NCBI GenBank assembly: GCA_949282135.1
Contig: CASDOR010000015.1
Coordinates: 8,773 to 72,772 of the forward strand
Direction of reading: 5' to 3'
Source of the DNA: an uncultured Christensenella sp.
GTDB taxonomy: Bacteria > Bacillota > Clostridia > Christensenellales > UBA1242
Length of the DNA: 64,000 bases
The notes beneath the pieces are model-generated. The model saw only the letters and a program-made list of their open reading frames with translations. It had not been told where the DNA came from and searched no databases. Below, piece by piece: positions 9,108 to 18,894 of this stretch (position 1 is the stretch's first letter; each line of letters begins with the position of its first letter). Position numbers and translations under genes: made by a program.

Positions 9108-11306
9108 TTAGATAATTGTCACAATAGGAATAATCATTGGGCGACGTTTTGTACGTTTTGTGAAGAACGATTGAGTCGTCTTTCTGACATAGGTTTCAAG
9201 CTCAACTCTATTTTTAAAAGTCCCAAAATCGACGTCTTTAAATGTCTCAAATAAATTCTTTTGTGCACTTCCAAGCACTAACCCTGCCTCATCCTCGTAA
9301 ACAAAACCCTTTGCTCTAAAGTAAGGTTTTGACGCAATATGGTTTGTTTTCTTGTTAATTCTAAGATTAATTACACAAACACCGCTTCGTGACAAATTTA
9401 GCCTATCACGTATAACGTCACTATTTACACTGGCAATAGCAGTACCGTCTTTGACCATATCACCTGCTGGGACATTACCTGCAACCTTTATAAAGTCAGG
9501 TGCAAGTTCAACCTGCATACCAAGCTCAGGAATAATAATATTTCTCTCCTTCATCCCATATTCCATAGCAACAAGTTGTTGATTTTTGAGATGTCTATAC
9601 TCTCCATGAACAGGAATAAAAAACTTTGGATGCGCTAGAGAAAGCATAATTTTAATTTCTTCTTTATACGCATGCCCTGATGCGTGGACTTTCATATCTT
9701 CATTTGTAATAATCTTGCAATTTTTTCTATAAAGCTGGTTAATAAGATTATTTACATTTCTTTCATTCCCAGGAATTGGCGAAGAAGACAAAACAACTAC
9801 GTCGTCCTCATCTAACTTTACTTTTTCAAAATCATCAAGAGAAATCCTACTAAGGGCACTCATTACCTCCCCTTGAGACCCGGTTGAAATAATGACTATT
9901 TCTTTATTTTCATACCTATCGACCTCATCAATGTCAATGATTTGCTCTTTGTTGTACTTTATCTCGCCCTGCTTCATTGCCATTTCAGAAACTGTCAGCA
10001 TACTTCTACCAGTAAAAGCAACCTTTCTTTTGTACTTTTCTGCTTGGTCAATAATTTGTTGCATACGTCTGATGTTTGATGCAAAGGTCGCAATGATAAT
10101 GCGTTTATTTTTATTAGCCTCAAAAATTTCCTTAAAACTATTCCCAACAACCGACTCGCTAACAGAAAATCCTTGACGCTCGACATTAGTACTATCGCAC
10201 ATGAGAAGAAGCACCCCACGTCTACCAATTTCAGCAATCCTCTTTAAGTCGCAATAGTCTCCTTTGACAGGTGTTCCGTCAATTTTAAAGTCTCCAGTAT
10301 GGAAAATAGTGCCAAGCTTTGTTGTAATGCTAAGTCCAAATGCCCCCGGAATTGAGTGCGTAACCGATACAAATTCGACCGTAAATTCTCCGACTTTGAC
10401 AGTTGAGCCAGCATCCACCTTTTTAAGTGTCACACTGTCCATGTCAATACGCGCTTCTCTAAGTTTTCCGTCAATAAGCCCAAGACTTATACCACTACCA
10501 TAAATAGTAGGATTTGCGACCTTTAGCACCTGCAAAATCCCACCTATGTGGTCCTCATGTCCGTGTGTAATAAAAAGTGCACGAAGCTTGTTCTTGTTTT
10601 GCTCTAAATAGGTTAAATCTTGAAGAACACTATCAACCCCAGGAAGTGTCTCATCTGGAAAACTCTGCCCCGCGTCAATCATTATCATGTCGTTTTCATA
10701 TTCAATTAAGGTCATATTTTTACCAATTTCACCTATTCCACCAATAAATGAAATGCGTATATTACTCTTTTTTAAATCTTGCGAACTACTCACTTCTTCT
10801 TTTTGCTTGAAAAAAATGCTAGCTTCCTCTTTTCTTTTCTTGTTTTGCCTTTTTTTCCAAATATGCCACTCTTCCCCTGGCTTTACAGTGGAAAGTTTAA
10901 CTTTGTTTTCTTTTTTGTTTTCTTTTTTATTCGAAACATTTTTTGGATTTTGATTTTTTTTGCCTTGTGCTTTATCAAGCTTTACTTTGTTGTTTTTTTT
11001 GCTATTACTCTTTTTCGCCAAATTTTGTTTAGTGGAATTTGAATTTGCTAAATTTTGCTTAGTAGAATTTGAATTTGCCAAATTTTGCTTAGTAGAATTT
11101 GAATTTGCCAAATTTTGTTTTCTAGAACTAGACTTAGCTAAGTTTAGCTTAGCCTCTACCTTTTTGCCGGCTCTCTGTGTCCCTGTTGCATGATAAGTAG
11201 TTCTTCTCTGCCCTTCTTCTTTACTTGGAAACCATTGTGGTAAACGATTTGTCATTTTGTAAGTACCACTAGCCTTATTTTTTTCAGTATCTTCATTGTT
11301 TGCCAT
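9108..11306 (-). CDS. rnj: Ribonuclease J with ~180-aa Lys/Asn-rich N-terminal extension
   Basis: GGIGEIGKNMT, THGHEDHIG, HTGDFK, DSTN, HASGHA, PVHGEYRH, KRRPMIIP. Confidence 0.96.
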   Translation of the reverse strand: MANNEDTEKNKASGTYKMTNRLPQWFPSKEEGQRRTTYHATGTQRAGKKVEAKLNLAKSSSRKQNLANSNSTKQNLANSNSTKQNLANSNSTKQNLAKKSNSKKNNKVKLDKAQGKKNQNPKNVSNKKENKKENKVKLSTVKPGEEWHIWKKRQNKKRKEEASIFFKQKEEVSSSQDLKKSNIRISFIGGIGEIGKNMTLIEYENDMIMIDAGQSFPDETLPGVDSVLQDLTYLEQNKNKLRALFITHGHEDHIGGILQVLKVANPTIYGSGISLGLIDGKLREARIDMDSVTLKKVDAGSTVKVGEFTVEFVSVTHSIPGAFGLSITTKLGTIFHTGDFKIDGTPVKGDYCDLKRIAEIGRRGVLLLMCDSTNVERQGFSVSESVVGNSFKEIFEANKNKRIIIATFASNIRRMQQIIDQAEKYKRKVAFTGRSMLTVSEMAMKQGEIKYNKEQIIDIDEVDRYENKEIVIISTGSQGEVMSALSRISLDDFEKVKLDEDDVVVLSSSPIPGNERNVNNLINQLYRKNCKIITNEDMKVHASGHAYKEEIKIMLSLAHPKFFIPVHGEYRHLKNQQLVAMEYGMKERNIIIPELGMQVELAPDFIKVAGNVPAGDMVKDGTAIASVNSDVIRDRLNLSRSGVCVINLRINKKTNHIASKPYFRAKGFVYEDEAGLVLGSAQKNLFETFKDVDFGTFKNRVELETYVRKTTQSFFTKRTKRRPMIIPIVTII

Positions 11307-11851
11307 TTTAATTATTTTTTCTCCTTTTTTTTGATAAATTTAAATGTTTAATCAATATTTTTACGCAAAAATACTACACTTAAGCTTTTTCTTCCTTTTT
11401 ATTTTATAAGTCGTCACATAAAAAATTTATTTTTTTACCTACCAAATAGTTTTAAAAACTCTTATTAAAAAAAATAGTTATAAGTTTTAAGCAAATTCTA
11501 GCATAATAAAAGCTTAAATTTGATATTAGTTTAACAAAAATTTGGCGTCAGTTTAACAAATAAACTTAACTAGTCTTTACCTCAAATTAACTTTTTGCCT
11601 TCATAAACTCTAAAAAGACAAAATTTAAAATAAATCTTATACTTTGTGTAATACTTTTAACCTAAATTTAAAAAACATTAATTACAGGTTTTGCTTTATT
11701 ACCTTAATTAAAATAGAGTGTATCATAGTTTAAAAAATTTTTCAATCATTTTTTATTTAATTTTGTGAGTAAATCTAACAACTTTTATTTTTTTTACAAC
11801 CTAAGACTTCCTCAATGTTTTCATTGACAAAAAAGGAAGAATTAGAAATTT

Positions 11852-12793
11852 TTATAATAAAAACTTTAATTTTTCAATATCTTGAGACTCCTCAAAAGTC
11901 TCAGGTCTTGCAAGAGTGTCTGTATAAATGTAATACCTTCCCCCTTGTGCTGAAAAGAAGCCGACCATATGAAAAACAATAAACATAAATATTGTAAATG
12001 GAATGGTAACTATAAGCCCTATTGTCAGTGTAAACACGCAAAACAAAAGGTTTAAAGCAAACGCAATTAGAACAAGCAAAATACTTGTTGAAAAAATGCT
12101 ACCGAACTTTCTACTGACAAACCTAAAACTTTCTTTCAACGCAGAAAACACCCCTACTTCAAGTGTCGTGTACGCAGGAGCAAAGCAAGAAAACAACGTA
12201 GTCTTAAGTGAAATAAAAAGAAGCATCACCGCAAGGATAAAGACGTCTAGTAGAAAATACAATACATTTCCCATAGTCGCAAGGCGGACCATCAAGTAAA
12301 CAAGGGACACTATAATAATGTTAAAAGGAAGCATAACAAGGTATTTTGTAAGTGCAAATTTAAGACTTTTCTTAAAAGACTTAAAGTATCTTCCTGTAAA
12401 AGAATAATTTGTTTGTGAAGCCATGTAGCCATAAATAGCTTCACTTGCAGGAAGAATTGCAAGGTCAAGTGCAACCGGCAAAATTAAGAAAACAAAGAGC
12501 CCCATAAATACATAGTTAAAGGTGTAACTTGACGATGACATAATCTCAAGTATAGTCATATTCACCTCTTCAAAAGTGCGTGCGGTCGTTACAGGACTAG
12601 AACTAAAAAGATTATTTACAATTTCAAGCAAATCACCAAAAACGTTTGCAGAGTTTAGTTCTGACAAAATTGGATATGCCACCACCCCACAAAAAAGAAT
12701 GGTTACAAAAATACAAATGGCAGAGTAGCAAAGTAGCTTCCAAACTACAGAAAAATTGGTAATAATCAATCTAAAAGTATTGCGAAATATCAT
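11852..12793 (-). CDS. Polytopic membrane protein, unknown function
   Basis: 313 aa with ~6 hydrophobic segments. Confidence 0.8.
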   Translation of the reverse strand: MIFRNTFRLIITNFSVVWKLLCYSAICIFVTILFCGVVAYPILSELNSANVFGDLLEIVNNLFSSSPVTTARTFEEVNMTILEIMSSSSYTFNYVFMGLFVFLILPVALDLAILPASEAIYGYMASQTNYSFTGRYFKSFKKSLKFALTKYLVMLPFNIIIVSLVYLMVRLATMGNVLYFLLDVFILAVMLLFISLKTTLFSCFAPAYTTLEVGVFSALKESFRFVSRKFGSIFSTSILLVLIAFALNLLFCVFTLTIGLIVTIPFTIFMFIVFHMVGFFSAQGGRYYIYTDTLARPETFEESQDIEKLKFLL

Positions 12794-13035
12794 TTTATCT
12801 AAACCTTTAAATGAAATTAATATAAAAATATAAAAAACAATTAATTGCTTGTCACCACAAATTTGTTAGTCTAACACTTTTTAAAAAAGTCATAATAAAA
12901 CATAAATAATATTTACCTACTCAGTATACAATACATATCTCCCTTTTGCAAACACTTTTTACACTTATATTAAATAAGTTTTTTTATAATAAAAAAGAAG
13001 ATGGACTTATTTATTTCCATCTTCCCTTATCTGTT

Positions 13036-13767
13036 TTAATTATCACCTACATCGTTTTTAGCTTCATCTACATTTTGAGCTTCATCCTCATTTTGAGTTT
13101 CATCTACATTTTGAGCTTCATCCTCATTTTGAACTTCATCTACATTTTGAGTTTCATCTACATTTTGAGTTTCATCTACATTTTTTTGCATTTTTGAGGT
13201 CAAATCTTCCATAATTTCATCCTTTAAGCTTTCTTTTTTGTATTTACCTCTATTTAAAACTCCAAAATAAACAAGAACACATAAAAGTATACTTACAGCT
13301 TCTATCACAAAACTTAATTCAAAATTTACATTAAAGTAAACAAGTACGCCTTGAACACCGCCAAATATAAAGGCTAAAACTACCACCCAAAAACCCAGTG
13401 ACTTATACCACTTTTTGCTGTCATTCGCTCCCTCTAAATTTGTTTCGCTTTCTTCTAAATTCTCTTTGCCTTCTTCTAAACTGCTTTCATTTTGCTCTAA
13501 ATTAGGCCCTGTTTCTTCTAATGCTGTCTCAAAGTCTTCTAATGCCTCCTCGTCTAAACTTTCAAGTAAACTCGTTTTAGTTTTCTCTAAAGTCTCCTCG
13601 CTAACACTTTGAAACAAGGTCGTCTCATTTAGACCTTCGCTACCTGACAACGCACTATCATCTACCTCTACTAATTCCTTGTTTTTAGTTTCTAAAGTTT
13701 CATTTTTACCACATTTTAAAACATTTTCATTAATATTTTCTTCTTGAATAGGAGTTTTTTTACTCAT
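13036..13767 (-). CDS. Two-TM holin-like membrane protein with acidic repeat extensions
   Basis: KWYKSLGFW plus two TM helices; overlaps the BhlA holin stop; C-terminal 6-aa DETQNV repeats. Confidence 0.55.
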   Translation of the reverse strand: MSKKTPIQEENINENVLKCGKNETLETKNKELVEVDDSALSGSEGLNETTLFQSVSEETLEKTKTSLLESLDEEALEDFETALEETGPNLEQNESSLEEGKENLEESETNLEGANDSKKWYKSLGFWVVVLAFIFGGVQGVLVYFNVNFELSFVIEAVSILLCVLVYFGVLNRGKYKKESLKDEIMEDLTSKMQKNVDETQNVDETQNVDEVQNEDEAQNVDETQNEDEAQNVDEAKNDVGDN

Positions 13768-13981
13768 TTTTACCTCCCTTTTTTATTAGCGAGGTGCGAA
13801 TTTCTCTTATGTCTTCCTTTATGTCCATAACGGTATCTAAGTGGCTATTTAACTTTGAAATGGTGTCCTGGTACTTCTTTTCCCTTTTTGCACTATCATT
13901 TAAAAGATAAACTAAAAGTCCAACAAACAGCATTGCCCAAATACCATTAGTGACCGCTTGACTAAAAATTTCTTCCCACAT
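13760..13981 (-). CDS. BhlA/UviB-family holin-like peptide
   Basis: GIWAMLFVGLLVYLLNDSAKREKKYQDTISKL matches the family pattern; GAGGTG SD. Confidence 0.85.
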   Translation of the reverse strand: MWEEIFSQAVTNGIWAMLFVGLLVYLLNDSAKREKKYQDTISKLNSHLDTVMDIKEDIREIRTSLIKKGGKNE

Positions 13982-14258
13982 CTAACACCTCTTGCCTTTA
14001 ATTCCCTAAAAGAATCCTAAATTCCTCTTTTAGTTCCTTTTCACTTATTTTTTTATTTTTCTCCATTTTTCACCTCACTTTTGTTAAAAAAACTATTTTT
14101 TTGGCGAAATAATTGCAGTTCTAACCTCAAAAAGCATAAAAAACTTGCTTCTTTACTTATAAAAAGCCTAAAAACTAAACTCCAAACCATTTTACTTAAC
14201 ATAAAGCTGAGCAAAACCAAAATTTTAATTAGTTTTTATTAAAAAAAACATTATTTTT

Positions 14259-15758
14259 TTAATTTTCAACCTTAAATCTAAGTTGCAAATTCTCAATATG
14301 TAAATTTCCAGAATTTGTAAATATTTTAAAGCTAAATTCTTTTCCCGGTAAATTTATGCTTAACCTTTGAAGATTGTCTTTTGCGGGCACGTCTATTTCT
14401 TTACTTCTTTTGTCTGACGTAACAAGTATTTTTGCCGGATACTTAGACAATAAGTAAATGTCTTTAAGTATTTTATTTTTGTCCCTTGAATCTAGAGTTA
14501 TTACACCACTTTCCCAGCTAGAGCTTAAGTTTGTATCTACTATTTTACATTCATCGGTTAGTTGATATAAAAGCTTTTTATTTCTTAGCGCAACAATTAA
14601 TTTTGATAAAAACAAATCATTTATTGCTACCATTGAACACACATCTATACCTTTTATAATAGTGTAAGTGTTGTCCTCTATATTAAATTCAATAAGTGCA
14701 TTGTTTATAGCTTCTTCATTCTCTATGCTACCATCATCAATATTTGATTGTGTTACAAGCCCATTATCAAGTCCTACTTTTTCAAAATCAAGATGACAAG
14801 CAATGTACAATTTTTTGTTAAAAAAACAAATACTTGCATCAAGTTGCTCCCTGTCAAGCAAACTTGAAATATTTAGTTCTAGCTTTTTTATGTCTACCCC
14901 ATCAAGAGAATACAAACCATCCTCGCATAAAAAGTAAATTAAATCTCCGCACTTACACGCAGTATTTGCATAGATTTTTGAGCCTGAAGTATAAATATTT
15001 GTTGCAAAATATTCATCACTTGAGGAATATGCACTTATCTTTGATATGCCATAGTCCTCAAAAACATAAATACTATCTTTAAAACTTACAAGCTTTCTAA
15101 GACTTCCTTTATAATCATTAAGTTCAATACTACCAGCATCATCACTACTTATAACATTTTTCTTCCAATCAAGAGGATTTTTATTTGAACTATACCTTAT
15201 AATATTGTCTTTTGAGGCATCTATCGCAAAAAGTCTATCACCGTGTAGACAAATTGACCTAAAATATGGTGCGTCTTCCACCTCGTAAATTGGGTCATCA
15301 CAATACCAAACAACTAGAGGTCTATCTTCAAAAGCAAAACCAATAACACTGTCCTCTTCAACCGTAAAATTAATGGTTGTTGGGATTGAAGAATAAACCG
15401 TATTACTAAGGCTTGCAAACTCGCCAATATGTGCAAACTCAGCAGAAAAATATAGCTTTCCATCATTTCCAAGTGCTACAAGGAGATATTCCTGACAATT
15501 ATTTGGTATGCTATAGTAGGTATAGTGCCAAATCTTAACAAATGAAAAAGTTTGCTCAAACATTACGTATTCGGTTCTGTCTGTCATAAGTGCTGGTAAA
15601 GTTAAAACTTCAAAGCCCTTTCCACTACTTAAAACTCCGTGTTTTACTTGAGTATTAAAACTTGCCCTACAATTCTTGTCCACAACATATTTACTTCTAT
15701 CTAAATCCATTTTTGACTCAAAAGACTCTAAGTTTATTCTTTCTTCCTTGTATTCCAT
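14259..15758 (-). CDS. Putative podophage-type tail nozzle / DNA-stabilisation protein (beta-propeller)
   Basis: 499 aa beta-rich (HGDRLF, IRYS..NPLDW, SSWESG); follows the adaptor in the head cluster; call is from size, position and motif feel. Confidence 0.6.
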   Translation of the reverse strand: MEYKEERINLESFESKMDLDRSKYVVDKNCRASFNTQVKHGVLSSGKGFEVLTLPALMTDRTEYVMFEQTFSFVKIWHYTYYSIPNNCQEYLLVALGNDGKLYFSAEFAHIGEFASLSNTVYSSIPTTINFTVEEDSVIGFAFEDRPLVVWYCDDPIYEVEDAPYFRSICLHGDRLFAIDASKDNIIRYSSNKNPLDWKKNVISSDDAGSIELNDYKGSLRKLVSFKDSIYVFEDYGISKISAYSSSDEYFATNIYTSGSKIYANTACKCGDLIYFLCEDGLYSLDGVDIKKLELNISSLLDREQLDASICFFNKKLYIACHLDFEKVGLDNGLVTQSNIDDGSIENEEAINNALIEFNIEDNTYTIIKGIDVCSMVAINDLFLSKLIVALRNKKLLYQLTDECKIVDTNLSSSWESGVITLDSRDKNKILKDIYLLSKYPAKILVTSDKRSKEIDVPAKDNLQRLSINLPGKEFSFKIFTNSGNLHIENLQLRFKVEN

Positions 15759-15765
15759 ATTATTC

Positions 15766-16350
15766 TTAAATCCACCTTTTAGTCTTAATTGTCGTACCTT
15801 GTTGCATAGTATTTGATAGTCCGTCCGTGTAATACCCTGCTAAACGTTCAGCATCATCATAAATCTCACATAAATTTAGATACTCACTAGCAACTCCAAG
15901 TGCAATTATTCTTGTGCCCACGTTGTAAAAAGCTTTTATTTCGTCATTTAACTCTAGAGTTGGTGGAATTATAGTGTAGTCAATAAACACTTTTTTGCCA
16001 TGGCTATTAAAAATTATCGTTTCCCCAACCTCAGCAAAAAGAATGTCCTCTAAATTTTCATCATACACCCTTAAAACCTTATTTATCTTATTTCCAGTAA
16101 GCGACTCAAGCTTTATACTTGTGTGGCCCTTAGAACCCAATAACACATAAGTCTCTTTTATCTGAAATTTTGTTAGTGCAAGTTCGTTTATAGTGTTGTT
16201 AAGTGCTAGCATTAATGTATCAAACTTTTTTTTGGTGTCCTCCGATGCGTTTAAAGTTTGAAGGTCAGCATTTTCCTCAAAATACATAGACAAATCATCA
16301 TAAATGTTTAGATAGTTTGAAGCAACTTTTAATATTTCAACAACTTTCAT
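15766..16350 (-). CDS. Putative head-tail adaptor (tail tubular A / P22 gp4-like position)
   Basis: 194 aa helix-beta-helix layout (LNNTINELA...IIALGVASEYL); position after capsid. Confidence 0.55.
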   Translation of the reverse strand: MKVVEILKVASNYLNIYDDLSMYFEENADLQTLNASEDTKKKFDTLMLALNNTINELALTKFQIKETYVLLGSKGHTSIKLESLTGNKINKVLRVYDENLEDILFAEVGETIIFNSHGKKVFIDYTIIPPTLELNDEIKAFYNVGTRIIALGVASEYLNLCEIYDDAERLAGYYTDGLSNTMQQGTTIKTKRWI

Positions 16351-16402
16351 CTTTTTTCTCCTTTTAAGTAAAAATCTTTTAGAGCATATTATTAAACGAC
16401 CT

Positions 16403-16768
16403 TTAAATCCAACGCGTTTGATTTATGTTATCAAAACTTACGTCTTTCCCCTTTTTGTCTGCATAATCTAAATAGTCATTTAGTGTGGTTTTTGCGTGCA
16501 TAGCTATAGTTTCTTCTTCTTTTTGCCTTAATTTACTGTTATTTTCTTTGATAAATGAAAAAATTTTTTTTGCATTTCTAATATGCGTTTTGTATGCTTT
16601 ATCAATGGCACTTTTATCTAGTCTTTTGCCGATCATAAAAGAAAAAACGCTCCCACAAAATACCTCATAAACTTTTTTTGTTTTATCAAAATAAATTTGA
16701 TAATTTTTATCTACTTTCTTTATTCTATTTGTTATGTTATACAAGTCATGTTTTATTAAAGTTTTCAT
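16403..16768 (-). CDS. Hypothetical protein of the phage-like module
   Basis: 121 aa, AGGAG SD, between capsid and adaptor. Confidence 0.75.
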   Translation of the reverse strand: MKTLIKHDLYNITNRIKKVDKNYQIYFDKTKKVYEVFCGSVFSFMIGKRLDKSAIDKAYKTHIRNAKKIFSFIKENNSKLRQKEEETIAMHAKTTLNDYLDYADKKGKDVSFDNINQTRWI

Positions 16769-16828
16769 ATGTTAATTCTCCTAGAAAATAAAATTAAAAA
16801 GACAAATTCAAACTATAGTTATGAGACC

Positions 16829-16943
16829 GCGTGCGGGAAGTAAAATTTTAAAACACAAGGTTTTAAAATTTTCTTTGCCCATTTGCACGCAAATGGGCAA
16901 ACTTAGACTTTTTTCTCAAAAAAAGTCTAAACTTCCCGCACGC
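16829..16943. repeat. Four-way-junction element, copy 3
   Basis: GCGTGCGGGAAGT/ACTTCCCGCACGC outer stem plus three hairpins. Confidence 0.85.
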
Positions 16944-17029
16944 AACTAAAACTAAAGTCTCAAAACCTATTAAAATTTCTTGTTTAGACACTCTTAAAAT
17001 TATAACTAAAAGATTTTTTTACACATTTA

Positions 17030-18211
17030 TTAATTTGTCGTCTTAATGTTTGAAATCTTGCCTTGTGCACCAGGTCTGTCACATACAAGTTCTGCGTACT
17101 TTACAAGTGTTGCAGAATATGTAGGAGTTGTGCTTGATGGAATTAAAATACTTCCATTTTCAGTTTCAAGCCATTCCCAATCACAAAGTTGATGAAGAAT
17201 AAAGTCCTTAGTGTTAAGTAGATACATTGTTCCGTCCTCAACAAATCTCTCATAAACAACAGGAATACCTGCATAAGTCATAGTTTTATAACCGCCCTGA
17301 AGAGTAGACATATCAATGTTACGCCTATTTTCTGATAAATAACTTTGATAAGCAGTCCTAACATCCCCAGACACTGCAATAAAGTCGACCTGTTCCCCAG
17401 TCTCTTCCTCAATAGAGTTAAGTGCTGTTTGAATCATGCTATCACTAATGCTTGCCCCAGTAGCATTCGCGTTTACATATGGATAAAGCCAAGGATACGC
17501 ACTTCTATCTACGCCATAAAGCATTTCTGCCCCAGTACTTGTATCAAAAATTCTCTTTATACCTGTAATTTCATTGTCCTTTGAACCGCTTGCATAAAGC
17601 TTATTTCCATCGGCAATTGTAACTTCACTATCAAATACAACCTTTTTGTTTTGCCTGTCAACATAAGTGATAGTAGCCCCTGTTTTTGTAAAGCTTGAAC
17701 CATTATATACGTCAACCTTCATCCCTTCAACCAAGTTTTTAACTGAATCATATGTAATAATAGTCTCGTCCTCTTCGCCTTCTGTCACCTTTGCGGTTGC
17801 AAGAAGGCCTGTCCCATCCCCATAAAGCATACGACCAAGATTAAACGCACTTGACTTAATAAGACTCTCCATTTCGTCATTAAGCAAATTTACAAAAGCC
17901 CCAGTGTTTGATGCACTTGCCCTAATTGCCTTATCTGATAAAGCAATAGTACCATATAGGTTTTTAAGCCCTGTTTTGAATTGCACAAATTTGTGACCAC
18001 TTGCAGAAGGCAAGTTCCCATCTTCCGTACCAGAAGCTATACCCCCATTCAAGCCATAAGGTGCTAGTTTAATTATTTCTTTACCATATACGTCTTTGCT
18101 ACTTTGCTTAATTTGTGAAAGTAATGCGTTTGCCTTAATGTTAAGTTGTTCACTTAAAACTCCAAGATATACACTCTTTAGTGCCTCTTGTGCTGAATTT
18201 AATGTTATCAT
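17030..18211 (-). CDS. Phage major capsid protein (HK97 fold likely)
   Basis: 393 aa; EDGNLP, LYGTIALSDKAI, RMLYGDGTG, YAGIPVV..F...GTMYLLN, L..YAEL..DRP.AQG patterns; follows portal and scaffold. Confidence 0.85.
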   Translation of the reverse strand: MITLNSAQEALKSVYLGVLSEQLNIKANALLSQIKQSSKDVYGKEIIKLAPYGLNGGIASGTEDGNLPSASGHKFVQFKTGLKNLYGTIALSDKAIRASASNTGAFVNLLNDEMESLIKSSAFNLGRMLYGDGTGLLATAKVTEGEEDETIITYDSVKNLVEGMKVDVYNGSSFTKTGATITYVDRQNKKVVFDSEVTIADGNKLYASGSKDNEITGIKRIFDTSTGAEMLYGVDRSAYPWLYPYVNANATGASISDSMIQTALNSIEEETGEQVDFIAVSGDVRTAYQSYLSENRRNIDMSTLQGGYKTMTYAGIPVVYERFVEDGTMYLLNTKDFILHQLCDWEWLETENGSILIPSSTTPTYSATLVKYAELVCDRPGAQGKISNIKTTN

Positions 18212-18250
18212 TTCTTTTTCTCCCCTTTTTTTGTGTTTTCTCGTGCCAGC

Positions 18251-18712
18251 TTAATTTTTTCTTTTGTCAAACATATCTTTAACTATACTTTCCGCCTCCT
18301 CAAGTGTATGCGGTTTACTTATAGGACTTATCACACTTCCGCCACCCCTATCACTACTGATAAGCTTTGGCGAAGCAGGCAAAATTAACTCGTCAAAATA
18401 CCTTGCAATAAGTTTGTCTTTAAGCTCTTTGTTGTTTAAGATATATTCTTGAAGTAACCTTTCTCTTTCCGCGCTCGAAAGAGTCTCTTCTTGATTTGAA
18501 AGTAGTTTGGGTGAGTTTGCCTCATTTTCCTCGTACTCTTTCTTGAGAGCACTATACGCCTGACACTTTTTCGTATACTCACTCTCTAAATTGTTGTAGG
18601 CAGTAAAAAGACTATCTGCGTCTTTAAACTTGCCATATTTGGAGCTAGTGTCAAGAGGTTTAGCATTTTCCTCTATTGAATTTTCTACTAGTTGTTCCAA
18701 ATTTTCATCCAT
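18251..18712 (-). CDS. Putative capsid scaffolding protein
   Basis: YGKFKDADSL..AYNNLE.E.TK motif typical of podophage scaffolds; between portal and capsid. Confidence 0.7.
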   Translation of the reverse strand: MDENLEQLVENSIEENAKPLDTSSKYGKFKDADSLFTAYNNLESEYTKKCQAYSALKKEYEENEANSPKLLSNQEETLSSAERERLLQEYILNNKELKDKLIARYFDELILPASPKLISSDRGGGSVISPISKPHTLEEAESIVKDMFDKRKN

Positions 18713-18894
18713 TTTTGTGTTCTCCTTTTTTCTTTTTTAAAATTTAAATTAATATTGCTTTTTTAAAACCATTAAAATATTTTTGTTGTAATCTTTTATT
18801 TTATAATTACTACCCACTTCTATAATTGGTAGTCTTTAGTTGTTTTAATAAAATTTATAAAGTTTTTTTAAGTTTTTGTGCTTTTTTAAAACCC

